From assembly GCA_030605835.1 (NCBI GenBank), contig JAUWHO010000048.1, positions 107,984-171,983 on the forward strand: a stretch of DNA of 64,000 bases, in the 5' to 3' direction. This DNA is from Candidatus Zixiibacteriota bacterium. Lineage in GTDB: Bacteria > Zixibacteria > MSB-5A5 > DG-27. Shown here in pieces: positions 46,845 to 55,698 of this stretch. The notes beneath the pieces were generated by a model. That model worked only from the letters and a program-made list of their open reading frames with translations. It had not been told where the DNA came from and made no database searches. Numbering within the stretch: the first letter of the stretch is position 1; the number at the start of each line of letters is the position of its first letter. Made by a program: the position numbers and the translations under genes.

Positions 46845-47795
46845 GTGAGCATGAAGAATAATCTCAAGCTAGCTTTTATATCTCTTTTTATCTTCGGACT
46901 GGCGACTTCCGCGGTTGCGGATATCCACGACCAGGCCGGCACCTCCGGTCTGCTCTTTCTGAGATATGGAGTGGGAGCAAGGGCTTTGGGAATGGGAGAG
47001 GCCTTCACCGCCGTTGCCGACGATGCCTCCGCGCTTTATTGGAATCCCGCCGGTCTCGGTTTCTCCGATGGTGTCCAGCTTCTTTTGATGCACAACGAAT
47101 TCATACAGGACATCCGCCAGGAATATCTTGGGGGGTCTTTTCCTCTGGGTAGGCAGCGTTTCGGTCTCTCGATTAACATCGCTACGGTGGCAGACATAGA
47201 GCGGCGCGAGACCGCCGGTCCACCGTTGGGGACCTTCGACGCTCATGACTTTGCCATATCTCTGACCTGGGGGATGAGAGCTACCGAGGGCCTCTCGTTT
47301 GGCCTCTCGGGAAAGATCATATACGAGAAGATTGACATCGAAGACTTGACAACCTACGCTGCCGACTTAGGAATCTTATATCATCTGCCAATGGATTTGA
47401 GGGTGGGTGCGGTGGTTCAGAACCTCGGGGGAAAAGCGAAGCTCGTTGCGGAGGAGTTTAATCTCCCCTTGCAGTATAAGCTGGGCTTGGCATACCGCCC
47501 CGAAGAGGAGATTCTATCCGGCAAAGTTATCCTGGCAGTGGATGTGGCCAAACCCAATGATGGGGATTTGAAATTACATACTGGCTTGGAATACGGATAC
47601 GCCGACATGATCTTCCCGCGCCTCGGTTACATGTCAGGTTACAGCGATAAGGATATAACTTTCGGTGTGGGGATGAAGTTCAAGAGGGCGAACTTCCAGC
47701 TCCCCTTTGACTTTTTGAGAATCGATTACGCTTACATTCCCTTCGGCTCCGATCTGGGCACCTCCCACCGTTTCTCATTGTCAATGCACTTCTAA
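46845..47795 (+). CDS. PorV/PorQ-family outer membrane barrel
   Basis: FLRYGVGARALGMGEAF.AVADDASALYWNPAGL, QNLG, LPLQYKLG, DYAY.PFG.LG.SHRFSL..HF. Confidence 0.88.
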   Translation: MSMKNNLKLAFISLFIFGLATSAVADIHDQAGTSGLLFLRYGVGARALGMGEAFTAVADDASALYWNPAGLGFSDGVQLLLMHNEFIQDIRQEYLGGSFPLGRQRFGLSINIATVADIERRETAGPPLGTFDAHDFAISLTWGMRATEGLSFGLSGKIIYEKIDIEDLTTYAADLGILYHLPMDLRVGAVVQNLGGKAKLVAEEFNLPLQYKLGLAYRPEEEILSGKVILAVDVAKPNDGDLKLHTGLEYGYADMIFPRLGYMSGYSDKDITFGVGMKFKRANFQLPFDFLRIDYAYIPFGSDLGTSHRFSLSMHF

Positions 47796-47954
47796 GGTTT
47801 TCAACCACAGATAGCAGTCAACCCCTCTTCAAGTCATAGGATCTCAGTTTTCGTCAGGGGAACTCTCAAGGAGCAGAAAGGGAGGTTTATAAAGAACCTC
47901 CCTACAGTTACGAAAGAGTATTCGTTCGGGATCGACGCTGTCTCTTGCAGCCTG

Positions 47955-49508
47955 TTATTTCATGAGGATCGCCCTGCGGGCTTTCGAAGTCTCACCATCG
48001 AGGTTCAGGGCGATGAAATAGACTCCGGAGGTGAGCTCACCCGCGTTCCAGTTGATTCTTTTGAGTCCCGCGGATTGCTCATAGTCAAGCAGGGTTTCCA
48101 CTCTCTGGCCTAGGAGGTTGAAGACCCCAAGGTTCACGTGTCCGAAGCGCGGAAGGACATATTCAATTGTCGTCTGGCTGTTGAAAGGATTAGGATAATT
48201 CTGATTCAGCACCAATTGGTCGGGCAATGGAGTTGTCTTGACCCCCGCTACACCGGTCACATAGAAGTCGGAGACTTTTAAGGTCGGATCTCCGATCAGG
48301 GTCATCCCGTAAAACCAGGGACGACTGTTCTCCATAGTTCTCACGGCCCAGTATTCAAAGGCTTCACCGTAAGTCATCCCCCAGCCCAGAGGCTTATAGA
48401 AGTCCAGAAAATTCAACATCGAGCCGGTCTTGGTGCTTCCGATGGAGAGCAGACCGTAATCGGTCTGGAAGACATACCAGCCGCCCATGTAATTGTTTGC
48501 AGAATAACGGGAGTTGGAGCAGGCGAAGAGGTTGTAAAAGTGAGCCTGGACCACGGTGGTGTCAATCTGATGGGCGTAGAAATAGGAATAGATATGCCCG
48601 CGCTGGAACTGATGTAATAGTGGGGAAGAGTGAGCACAAACTAAGATGTGTTCGTAGCGTTTGCCTGTCGATTCCCGGATGCGGTGACGGTAGTTTGGTG
48701 CAGTGGTGGAATCCGGATCGAGGATGTCATCACAATGGGGGTAGGCGGCGGGTACCGCTGCTTGAAAGCCGCTGGTGTGCCAGTCGTCATCGATGAAGGC
48801 TAACGCTTTGTAGTCCAACCTCTGTTGCCCGGTGCGATAGAGGTGGTTCTTCTCGAAGTAGCGTTCCATCAGGCTGACCTCGTCGGCCCCGTGATAGGTC
48901 AGATTATGAGCGTGAAGTCTGCCCACCCAAATGTCGGCTTTATAGTTGTATCCGTAATGCTCATCGAAGAGGCCGTTGCTGTCCGAATCGACCCAAATGC
49001 CGTCCAGATCCATGAAGTAGAGATCGATGGGGAACTCCTCATGTCCCCAGTCCTCCATCTCAAACCAGGCAAAGGGGACATCCCCGATGAATATTACTCC
49101 CTCGATGGAGCTAGTTTCCCACTCCTCTATTATGATCTCTTTTAAGGCTACGGGGTCGTTGTTATTCAAGACCGCGTAGACCACCGGTTCGTATCCCTCC
49201 CTCTCTAGATCCTCCCTGAAGGCCTGAAAGGAGCTATCAATCTGTAAATAGAGCATATTGTTGATTACAATCATCACTGGTCCCCCCTGAGTCGCCAAAC
49301 CTCGATGGAGCAGTTGGGGATCGAGTTTTTCCGCAAAGGTGCGGCTTTTGACATACTCCTGATAGCTGGTCGGCTCGGTGGTGGGGTCAGCCCAGCGGGT
49401 GACGACGATGTCCCCGTAGTCGACTCCCTCCAGTGCGAAAAGAGACAGGGAAGAGAGAATAATCAAGAGAGCTACGAAGATGCAAACTGCATTTCTGAGA
49501 GAACTCAT
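47955..49508 (-). CDS. C25 (gingipain-like) cysteine peptidase with T9SS type-A CTD
   Basis: FIGDVP, DLYFMDLDG, IWVGRL, candidate dyad CAHSS and LFACS, LIGDPTL, LNQNYPNPFN CTD. Confidence 0.75.
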   Translation of the reverse strand: MSSLRNAVCIFVALLIILSSLSLFALEGVDYGDIVVTRWADPTTEPTSYQEYVKSRTFAEKLDPQLLHRGLATQGGPVMIVINNMLYLQIDSSFQAFREDLEREGYEPVVYAVLNNNDPVALKEIIIEEWETSSIEGVIFIGDVPFAWFEMEDWGHEEFPIDLYFMDLDGIWVDSDSNGLFDEHYGYNYKADIWVGRLHAHNLTYHGADEVSLMERYFEKNHLYRTGQQRLDYKALAFIDDDWHTSGFQAAVPAAYPHCDDILDPDSTTAPNYRHRIRESTGKRYEHILVCAHSSPLLHQFQRGHIYSYFYAHQIDTTVVQAHFYNLFACSNSRYSANNYMGGWYVFQTDYGLLSIGSTKTGSMLNFLDFYKPLGWGMTYGEAFEYWAVRTMENSRPWFYGMTLIGDPTLKVSDFYVTGVAGVKTTPLPDQLVLNQNYPNPFNSQTTIEYVLPRFGHVNLGVFNLLGQRVETLLDYEQSAGLKRINWNAGELTSGVYFIALNLDGETSKARRAILMK

Positions 49509-49662
49509 CGGAACTCCTGTTGTTGTCAGGTTAGCCTAAACTCATTACGTCAGCCTTCGGAGATCGGCGACATCACTCGATCCTAAAAGGAAGACACACA
49601 CTCTAATATAACGATTTTTCCGACCGTTTGTCGCAGTTTTTCAAAATTCGGACAGTTTTTTG

Positions 49663-49901
49663 GGTGAGTGGTTAGTGGTGAATGGTGAATAGTACATGGT
49701 GAATGGTTGAGGGATCCCAGCGGGAGAACCATACGGTAGAGAGTAGAGAGAGTGTTTCTGTCCTCTATTCAAGAGGTGGTGTCAGATGCCCACATCTGAC
49801 GTAAGGGAACCCCAGTGGCGGAGGCCACTGGTCTACACCGATTTGCGTCATCGGCCACAGTTGATTCCCTGTTTCCGGTTTCCTGTCTCCTGTTCCCTGA
49901 A
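49663..49901. repeat. Third intergenic mosaic: heptamer arrays plus REP-like hairpins
   Basis: Seven GGTGAAT-type units 49663-49711; hairpins 49781-49800 and 49812-49836; five AACAGGA-type units (minus) 49867-49901. Confidence 0.75.
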
Positions 49902-49914
49902 GAATCTCCTGGGA

Positions 49915-50286
49915 TCAAAAGCTGTATCTGACCCCTATCTGGTTGAACGGTTTTTGCAGGAAGGTGCCATCGACTCTCTGGTAGTTGAGCGAGATTTTCC
50001 TCCAGACCGGTTTTACCACGCCCAGCTCACAGTAATAATCGTCCTTTCCCTTCCAGGCCAAATCGCGGTTGAAATCGTAGGTGAACTCGATGTTAAACCA
50101 TGTGAGAATCTTTACGGAGTTGATGGAAACAATCTGAAGGGTCTGTCCGGCATCGCCTCCGTCGTCAAAGAGGTTCTGGTAAACCGAAATCTCATTGGTA
50201 ATCTGTTGAAAATCCAGCTCTCCGGCCTGAAGGCTTAAAGCCCAAAGGAGCAAGAGAGTCAGCGATATCGCCTGCAATTTGCTCAT
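49915..50286 (-). CDS. Small secreted beta-rich protein, possible mini outer membrane barrel
   Basis: Signal peptide (SLQA), alternating strands, ends IGVRYSF. Confidence 0.55.
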   Translation of the reverse strand: MSKLQAISLTLLLLWALSLQAGELDFQQITNEISVYQNLFDDGGDAGQTLQIVSINSVKILTWFNIEFTYDFNRDLAWKGKDDYYCELGVVKPVWRKISLNYQRVDGTFLQKPFNQIGVRYSF

Positions 50287-50499
50287 TTTTTCCCTCATTG
50301 AAGGTTCTCGTGAACGTGTGAAGAATGATTTCTATCTTTCAACGCCCGGAACTCCAATCCATAGATAATACTTCTATCACAAACTACTCACCACTCACCA
50401 CTACATCCTTGCTGTTTTTCCCGTGAACAGCCAATTCAGTGCAAGAACCTCTTGCCGATAAAGATAGCGTTTGCACTCCAAATCAGAGGGGGAACCAAA

Positions 50500-50931
50500 A
50501 TGTCGAAATCGAAAACAGCAATCATCGTCTTTTTCTCTCTGTTTTTCTCCCTCCCGGTTCTGGGAGGAGTCGACTCCGAGGAAGAGACTATTCCAGAGCG
50601 GTTCCGGTTTAAAGTCCAGGTGGAGGAGGTCTCCACCCGCCTGTCCAAAATCATTGTTTTTCGCACCCAGATGCCGGAGAGGATAGAGCCGGAAAGCTGG
50701 GCATTCTACATTTTCGATTCTCCGCCGCATCCTGAGAGCTTCCGACACTTCACGGGGAGAGCCCTTCGCATTTTGATGGGCCTGGGACGGGTCCCTCGCC
50801 TGATGAGCTGGGACTGCAAGACAAAGAGGGGGGTGCTGGTCCCGAGGGGCAAATACTACGTTTTGCTCTGGATAAAAGATAAAGAGGGGAAGAGGTGGAT
50901 CTCATACTGGCAATCTTTCAAGGTCAAGTGA
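50500..50931 (+). CDS. Small exported protein with FlgD-like Ig motif
   Basis: Signal peptide; SWAFYIFD...SWDCKTKRG.LVP.GKYY.LL.IKD.EG. Confidence 0.55.
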   Translation: MSKSKTAIIVFFSLFFSLPVLGGVDSEEETIPERFRFKVQVEEVSTRLSKIIVFRTQMPERIEPESWAFYIFDSPPHPESFRHFTGRALRILMGLGRVPRLMSWDCKTKRGVLVPRGKYYVLLWIKDKEGKRWISYWQSFKVK

Positions 50932-50953
50932 GCGGGGCCCCATCTCTCCACCC

Positions 50954-51742
50954 TTAGAATTTCTTGGTTATCGTTAACTTGCAGATCTTGTCGGCGTCTC
51001 GATCTTCAATTCGGAAATCTATCGCTACCTCCTCCTCTGAGAGTTTATCGAAGTTGTACAGGTGGGCATTGACATAGGCATCGAACATGGAAACGAATAC
51101 CCACGTCGCGGTTATCCATAGATAGAAATTGCGTTTGTCCTGAAACCGCTGATAGAGATCAAACTCCTTCTGCTCTTGAGGGACTTCCGGGAGTTGAAAC
51201 TGCGTGACGTGGGGTAGAATTGTCACCCCGGAGGTGTGCAAGAAGTCTCCGCGACTATACTTTTGGGCGAACTCGAATCTCTCCCGGTGCTTGTCGGTCA
51301 GGCTCCAGAAGTTGCAAATTGCCCCGATGAAGATGACCTCCCCGATCCCGTATATGGTGGCTCTGATATAGTTGCGGGTGTAAATCTGCCCCCAGCCGGG
51401 CAATGCCAGGGAGCGAAAGAGAGCACCGGTGGGGTTTTTCTCCAGAAGTTGTGTCTCCAGAGCCTGGATGACAGGGGAGCTTTTCTCTTCGCTCCTCTTC
51501 GGGTTTTCCTGGAGTTTTGTGGAGTCAGGGAGATTCCCCGCGCTGTCTCCCTCGCTGACGTAAGAGGCGAGGAAGAAGCTGGACGGTTTCGGGAATGTGT
51601 GGACGTGACCAAGGAGAACAGATTCCCCTCCGGTCGCTTGTCCTGCCGGGGCTATCTTCACAGTGCATAAAATGAGAAAGAGGGGAAGGAAGAGCCTAAT
51701 GGCGTTGAACTTCGAATTGGACCGATTCGCTTCCCTGATCAC
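50954..51742 (-). CDS. DUF5683-like envelope protein
   Basis: PTGALFRSLALPGWGQIY, SMFDAYVNAHL..FD, ends KLTITKKF. Confidence 0.7.
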   Translation of the reverse strand: MIREANRSNSKFNAIRLFLPLFLILCTVKIAPAGQATGGESVLLGHVHTFPKPSSFFLASYVSEGDSAGNLPDSTKLQENPKRSEEKSSPVIQALETQLLEKNPTGALFRSLALPGWGQIYTRNYIRATIYGIGEVIFIGAICNFWSLTDKHRERFEFAQKYSRGDFLHTSGVTILPHVTQFQLPEVPQEQKEFDLYQRFQDKRNFYLWITATWVFVSMFDAYVNAHLYNFDKLSEEEVAIDFRIEDRDADKICKLTITKKF

Positions 51743-51751
51743 TGTGGAGTC

Positions 51752-52627
51752 TTACAGTTTGGAGATCACCTTCAGTTTCTTGGGGAGGAGGTCGGCGCGG
51801 AGGTGACGTAGGTCTGTGCCCAGGATTTCCCCGTCGAGGTGAGCTGTGAATGGCGTTTCTGACTCCACCTCCACCCTGCGACCCCGGAACATCTTGACCG
51901 ATCTTAAGTGGGGAATATTCCCCTTCGAGAGCCTGGGTAGATAGTAGAACATCTTCAATTTGCTGACTTTTTCGATCAGACAGATATCCAAGAGTCCGTC
52001 ATCCGGGGAGGCGAAGGGCGTCAATTGAAAGCCGCCTCCGGTGGAGGCTCCGTTGCCGACAGCAATCAGAGTTGTTCTACCCTGCAGTTCGTAATCGTCG
52101 ATTCTCACCTTCATCTGCGGCGGATGATAAAGAGGGATGGTCTTTAAGGTTGCGTAGAGGTAGAGGGGGGATCCCCTCAAGAGGTGAGTTCTGCTTGCCC
52201 TTCTGGCGATGGTGCCATTCAGGCCAACTCCCAGAGCGTTGAAGAAGAATCTGTTGTCTCCCAGACTCCCGACATCGATTCTGCGAAATCTTCCCGCCGT
52301 TAGAGCCTTACAGCATGCCAAGAGGCTCGAATCGATTCCGGTTATTCTGAAGAAGTCGTTGCCATTGCCCGTCGGTATGACTCCCAGGGCGACCTCGGTT
52401 CCCACCAGTGAGGTGGCGACCTCGTTGACAGTGCCGTCCCCTCCGACGGCAACCACAACCCCACAGCCAAGCTTGACCGCCAGATGGGCAATCGCCTTTG
52501 CCTCTTTGGGCTTGGAGGTGATTTGGAGATCGAGGTCCCCTCCCAGTTCCCTCAAGAATCTCTCTATTTTGGGGATGGCCCGTAAACCCGCACCCCCTCC
52601 GGCAACCGGATTCACAATCAATTTCAT
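51752..52627 (-). CDS. Diacylglycerol/lipid kinase (YegS/BmrU family)
   Basis: IVNPVAGGG, VGGDGTVNEV, IPTGNGNDF, GGGF..TP.A..DDG.LD, DGE. Confidence 0.9.
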   Translation of the reverse strand: MKLIVNPVAGGGAGLRAIPKIERFLRELGGDLDLQITSKPKEAKAIAHLAVKLGCGVVVAVGGDGTVNEVATSLVGTEVALGVIPTGNGNDFFRITGIDSSLLACCKALTAGRFRRIDVGSLGDNRFFFNALGVGLNGTIARRASRTHLLRGSPLYLYATLKTIPLYHPPQMKVRIDDYELQGRTTLIAVGNGASTGGGFQLTPFASPDDGLLDICLIEKVSKLKMFYYLPRLSKGNIPHLRSVKMFRGRRVEVESETPFTAHLDGEILGTDLRHLRADLLPKKLKVISKL

Positions 52628-52985
52628 CTTTTGACGTCTGGGCAAAAAACCTCTCCGCGTAGTCAGGTATGCCTTAAGTAATATAAGTCCGCACCTTTTC
52701 ACAAGCTAAAATTGAGCTTCGCTTAGGCCCCCGGTTTCTCTGCACCCGAGGTGAACGAGAAACGTCTAGCGGTCGTGCTCTACAGCTCCCCAGGTGCGCA
52801 TTTTCAGGTCAGGTGTGAGATTGAGGTTAAGAGATCAAACCATGTGACGATAAATTTGAAGAACAGATTAAAGTTCTCTTTGTTTGAAATGGAAGTTTCC
52901 CCACAAAATCCGACGATTCATCTGACAAACTTCTCAACTTTATTCACAGAGGTGATTGTCGCCGGGCAAAGGAGGTGAAGGTTTG

Positions 52986-53189
52986 ATGCCCACGGGAAAA
53001 GTGAAATGGTTTAACGACCGCAAAGGATACGGTTTCATCGAGGGAGAGGAGGAAGACAAAGACATTTTCGTCCATTTCTCCGTAATCCAGGAAAATGGTT
53101 TCAGGACCTTGCTGCCTGGCCAGGAGGTGGAATACAGCATAACGGATGGACCCAAAGGACCGCTGGCAACCAAGGTGGTGAAACTCTAA
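52986..53189 (+). CDS. csp: Cold-shock protein
   Basis: GKVKWFN, RNP1 KGYGFI, RNP2 IFVHF; RBS AGGAGG. Confidence 0.95.
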   Translation: MPTGKVKWFNDRKGYGFIEGEEEDKDIFVHFSVIQENGFRTLLPGQEVEYSITDGPKGPLATKVVKL

Positions 53190-53207
53190 GAGATAGGGTA
53201 GAGGGGG

Positions 53208-53234
53208 AGCCCCGGAAATCCCGGGGCTTTTTTT
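53208..53234 (+). terminator. Intrinsic terminator of csp
   Basis: AGCCCCGG-AAATC-CCGGGGCT followed by a T-run. Confidence 0.85.
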
Positions 53235-53523
53235 GTTTGCCCGAATCAACAAGGCAGCTCTGCCAAACGTGATCTGCGACAGAGAGCCACCTGGTCTATG
53301 AGAATACCTTTCGCCAAAGGGATGGCAGAAAAAAACCACAAGGGACACTTCCACAGCCTCAGGAAAAGTTCACAGGCATCGTTTTGGCCGCAATCTTGTT
53401 TTCTCCACGCACCTGCAGAACACTCCCTGTTTTGTCCTCTTTTTAACCAGAACTGAAGCCACAAGACTGGTTGACAAAGCCGTCTGGTATCAATCAGAAT
53501 TGAGCGCGAACAGAGATTTTTCC

Positions 53524-53551
53524 TTGACAGTACAGACTAAAGAGCTATATT
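53524..53551 (+). promoter_or_regulatory. Putative promoter of the beta-helix gene
   Basis: TTGACA, 16 nt, TATATT. Confidence 0.45.
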
Positions 53552-53621
53552 CAGAGGGAGAGGTGAGCTTTCACGGGTGGGGCTCACATTTTCAATAGCT
53601 CTAACCAGGGGAAATGCGAAG

Positions 53622-55589
53622 ATGTTAAGAAATTTTTTAATAGTAACGGTTTTGGTCACCATCGGTTTGTGCCTCCAGATCGGTGCCACCACTTATTACG
53701 TCTCTCCCGAAGGAGACAACGGCAACAGTGGGCTCTCGCCGGAGGCTGCCTGGAGAAACGTCTCCTATGCCACCCTGCAAGTCGGGAATAATCCCGCGGA
53801 CCACGACACCGTCTGGGTCTATCCAGGGCTGTACGACATAGAGGCGGGCGAGGTCTTTCCGGTGCGGGTGCGGAGTTACACCACCTTAGTCGGGCTGGAT
53901 ACCGGTGTCGTTCTCTCTGCAGCGGACACTGTCAACGTTGAGGTCATCCGCATCAAACGAGAACAACTGGTTCAGATCGAAAACTTAGAGATAATCGCTG
54001 GAGACGGAGGCATAAACGCTCAAACTTGCTCCAAGCTGATAATAAAGGATAATTATATTCACCACAACCACCGTCGCAGTCTTCTGGATAACCCCTTCGG
54101 TGCTGGCATTGCAATCCTGGAATGCGGGGAGGTTACGATTAGGGGCAATCTCATCAGTGAGAACGAGATTTCTCAGACTCAGGTGGTATATGGCGGGGGC
54201 GGGTTAGGAGTTATTCAAAGCATCCTGGTCACAATAGACAGCAACACGGTGTCCTCCAACACCGTTGAGTATGCCGGGATAGCCTGCGGTGGGGGAATGG
54301 CCCTGGCTGAATGCGATCTGGTGAATATCACCGACAACACCGTAGATAGTAACCTGGTGAAAAGCATTACTGACAAGGCCGAGTCCTCCGGCGGAGGTCT
54401 CTATCTGACGGGGTGTCGAGAGCTCTCAATCCAGGGGAACAGCATACGCCAGAATGCTCTCTATCGGTGGACGCCTCAAGATACTTGCCTCAGCCATGGT
54501 GGTGGAATCTACATCGTCGACGGTTCCGGTCAGGCTACCTTAAGCGGGAATCTGATTTCAGGCAACTACTCTATCGGCAACTGTGAGTTCGCCCGGGGCG
54601 ATGGTGGGGGAGTGAAGGTAGATAACGCCGCTGCCATCTTCATCGACAACACCATTGTCGGCAACAAGGCTGAGTATGGAACCGGGGCCGATGGTTGGGG
54701 GGGAGGCGTATGTGTGGATTCTCAATCTGTATGTTCCTTCTCTGGCAACCGTATATACGGCAACCGCGCTGGTAGTGGGGGAGGCATCGGTGTTTACTTC
54801 CCGGACAGCTTAACGGTCGGTGGTTCTCCCGGCCACGGGAATGATCTCTATGATAACGTTGCCGAGAGGGGCGATGACCTCTGGAGATACTATTACGCTC
54901 CGCCCGAGACCATCATTGCTACTTTCAACTACTTCGGGGGAGAGCCCGACGAAAACCGGGTTTATCCCTTCGAATATTGGGATGTCGGTTTCTGGCGGGA
55001 CAGCCTCATCGACGTTAACGAACCTCCACGGATAATGGACTACTTCCCCACCTTTGTGGAGACGATCCTGAACATTGGTGACACGCTCCTCTTCTGGGTG
55101 GAAGTCCTAGATTACGACGGAGACTCAACCTTGACTTCGTGGCTTCTGGACGGTGAGCAGCTTGCGGATGGTGACAGCTTCCTCTTCATAGCTGACTCTC
55201 AATATGCGGGCGACGATACCCTCCGGGCTGCGGTGACTGACTTTGAAGATACCACCAGTCATTACTGGTATATGCAGGTGGGGCCCATCTCGGTGCCATT
55301 TGGAGAGGGAGACAAAAACCTCCCTGAGCAGTTTGCCCTTTTAGACAACTACCCCAATCCGTTTAACGCCTCAACGGTCATAAGATACCAGCTTCCCCGG
55401 TCTTGTCACGTGCGCCTGGAAATATTTGACATCATGGGGCGAAAGGTCACCGCCTTGGTGGATGAGAAACAGAAAGCGGGGTATAAGATCGCCATCTGGA
55501 ATGCGAACACAGCCGCTACAGGATTCTACTTCTATAAACTAACTGCTGGAGATTTCTCTGATACCAAGAAAATGGTGTTGTTGAAATAA
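53622..55589 (+). CDS. Secreted right-handed beta-helix protein with Ig-like domain and T9SS type-A CTD
   Basis: YYVSPEG.NGNSG..P..AW N-terminus, repeated I..N.I..N.A..GGG coils, DNYPNPFN...FYKLTAG..TKKMVLLK. Confidence 0.82.
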   Translation: MLRNFLIVTVLVTIGLCLQIGATTYYVSPEGDNGNSGLSPEAAWRNVSYATLQVGNNPADHDTVWVYPGLYDIEAGEVFPVRVRSYTTLVGLDTGVVLSAADTVNVEVIRIKREQLVQIENLEIIAGDGGINAQTCSKLIIKDNYIHHNHRRSLLDNPFGAGIAILECGEVTIRGNLISENEISQTQVVYGGGGLGVIQSILVTIDSNTVSSNTVEYAGIACGGGMALAECDLVNITDNTVDSNLVKSITDKAESSGGGLYLTGCRELSIQGNSIRQNALYRWTPQDTCLSHGGGIYIVDGSGQATLSGNLISGNYSIGNCEFARGDGGGVKVDNAAAIFIDNTIVGNKAEYGTGADGWGGGVCVDSQSVCSFSGNRIYGNRAGSGGGIGVYFPDSLTVGGSPGHGNDLYDNVAERGDDLWRYYYAPPETIIATFNYFGGEPDENRVYPFEYWDVGFWRDSLIDVNEPPRIMDYFPTFVETILNIGDTLLFWVEVLDYDGDSTLTSWLLDGEQLADGDSFLFIADSQYAGDDTLRAAVTDFEDTTSHYWYMQVGPISVPFGEGDKNLPEQFALLDNYPNPFNASTVIRYQLPRSCHVRLEIFDIMGRKVTALVDEKQKAGYKIAIWNANTAATGFYFYKLTAGDFSDTKKMVLLK

Positions 55590-55698
55590 TACTTCGGTTT
55601 GACTTCGATTCGTACGAATTGGAGATAATCAGATATCACAACCCAAACCCGACCTACGTCATTTCTCCATAGATCTGAAGATTCATTTTGGGGACCAA

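Noticed and set aside
52751-53464. Short ORFs around csp (52751-52978, 52944-53354, 53246-53464)
   Set aside because: They overlap the csp leader, gene or terminator and have no family motifs; treated as spurious.
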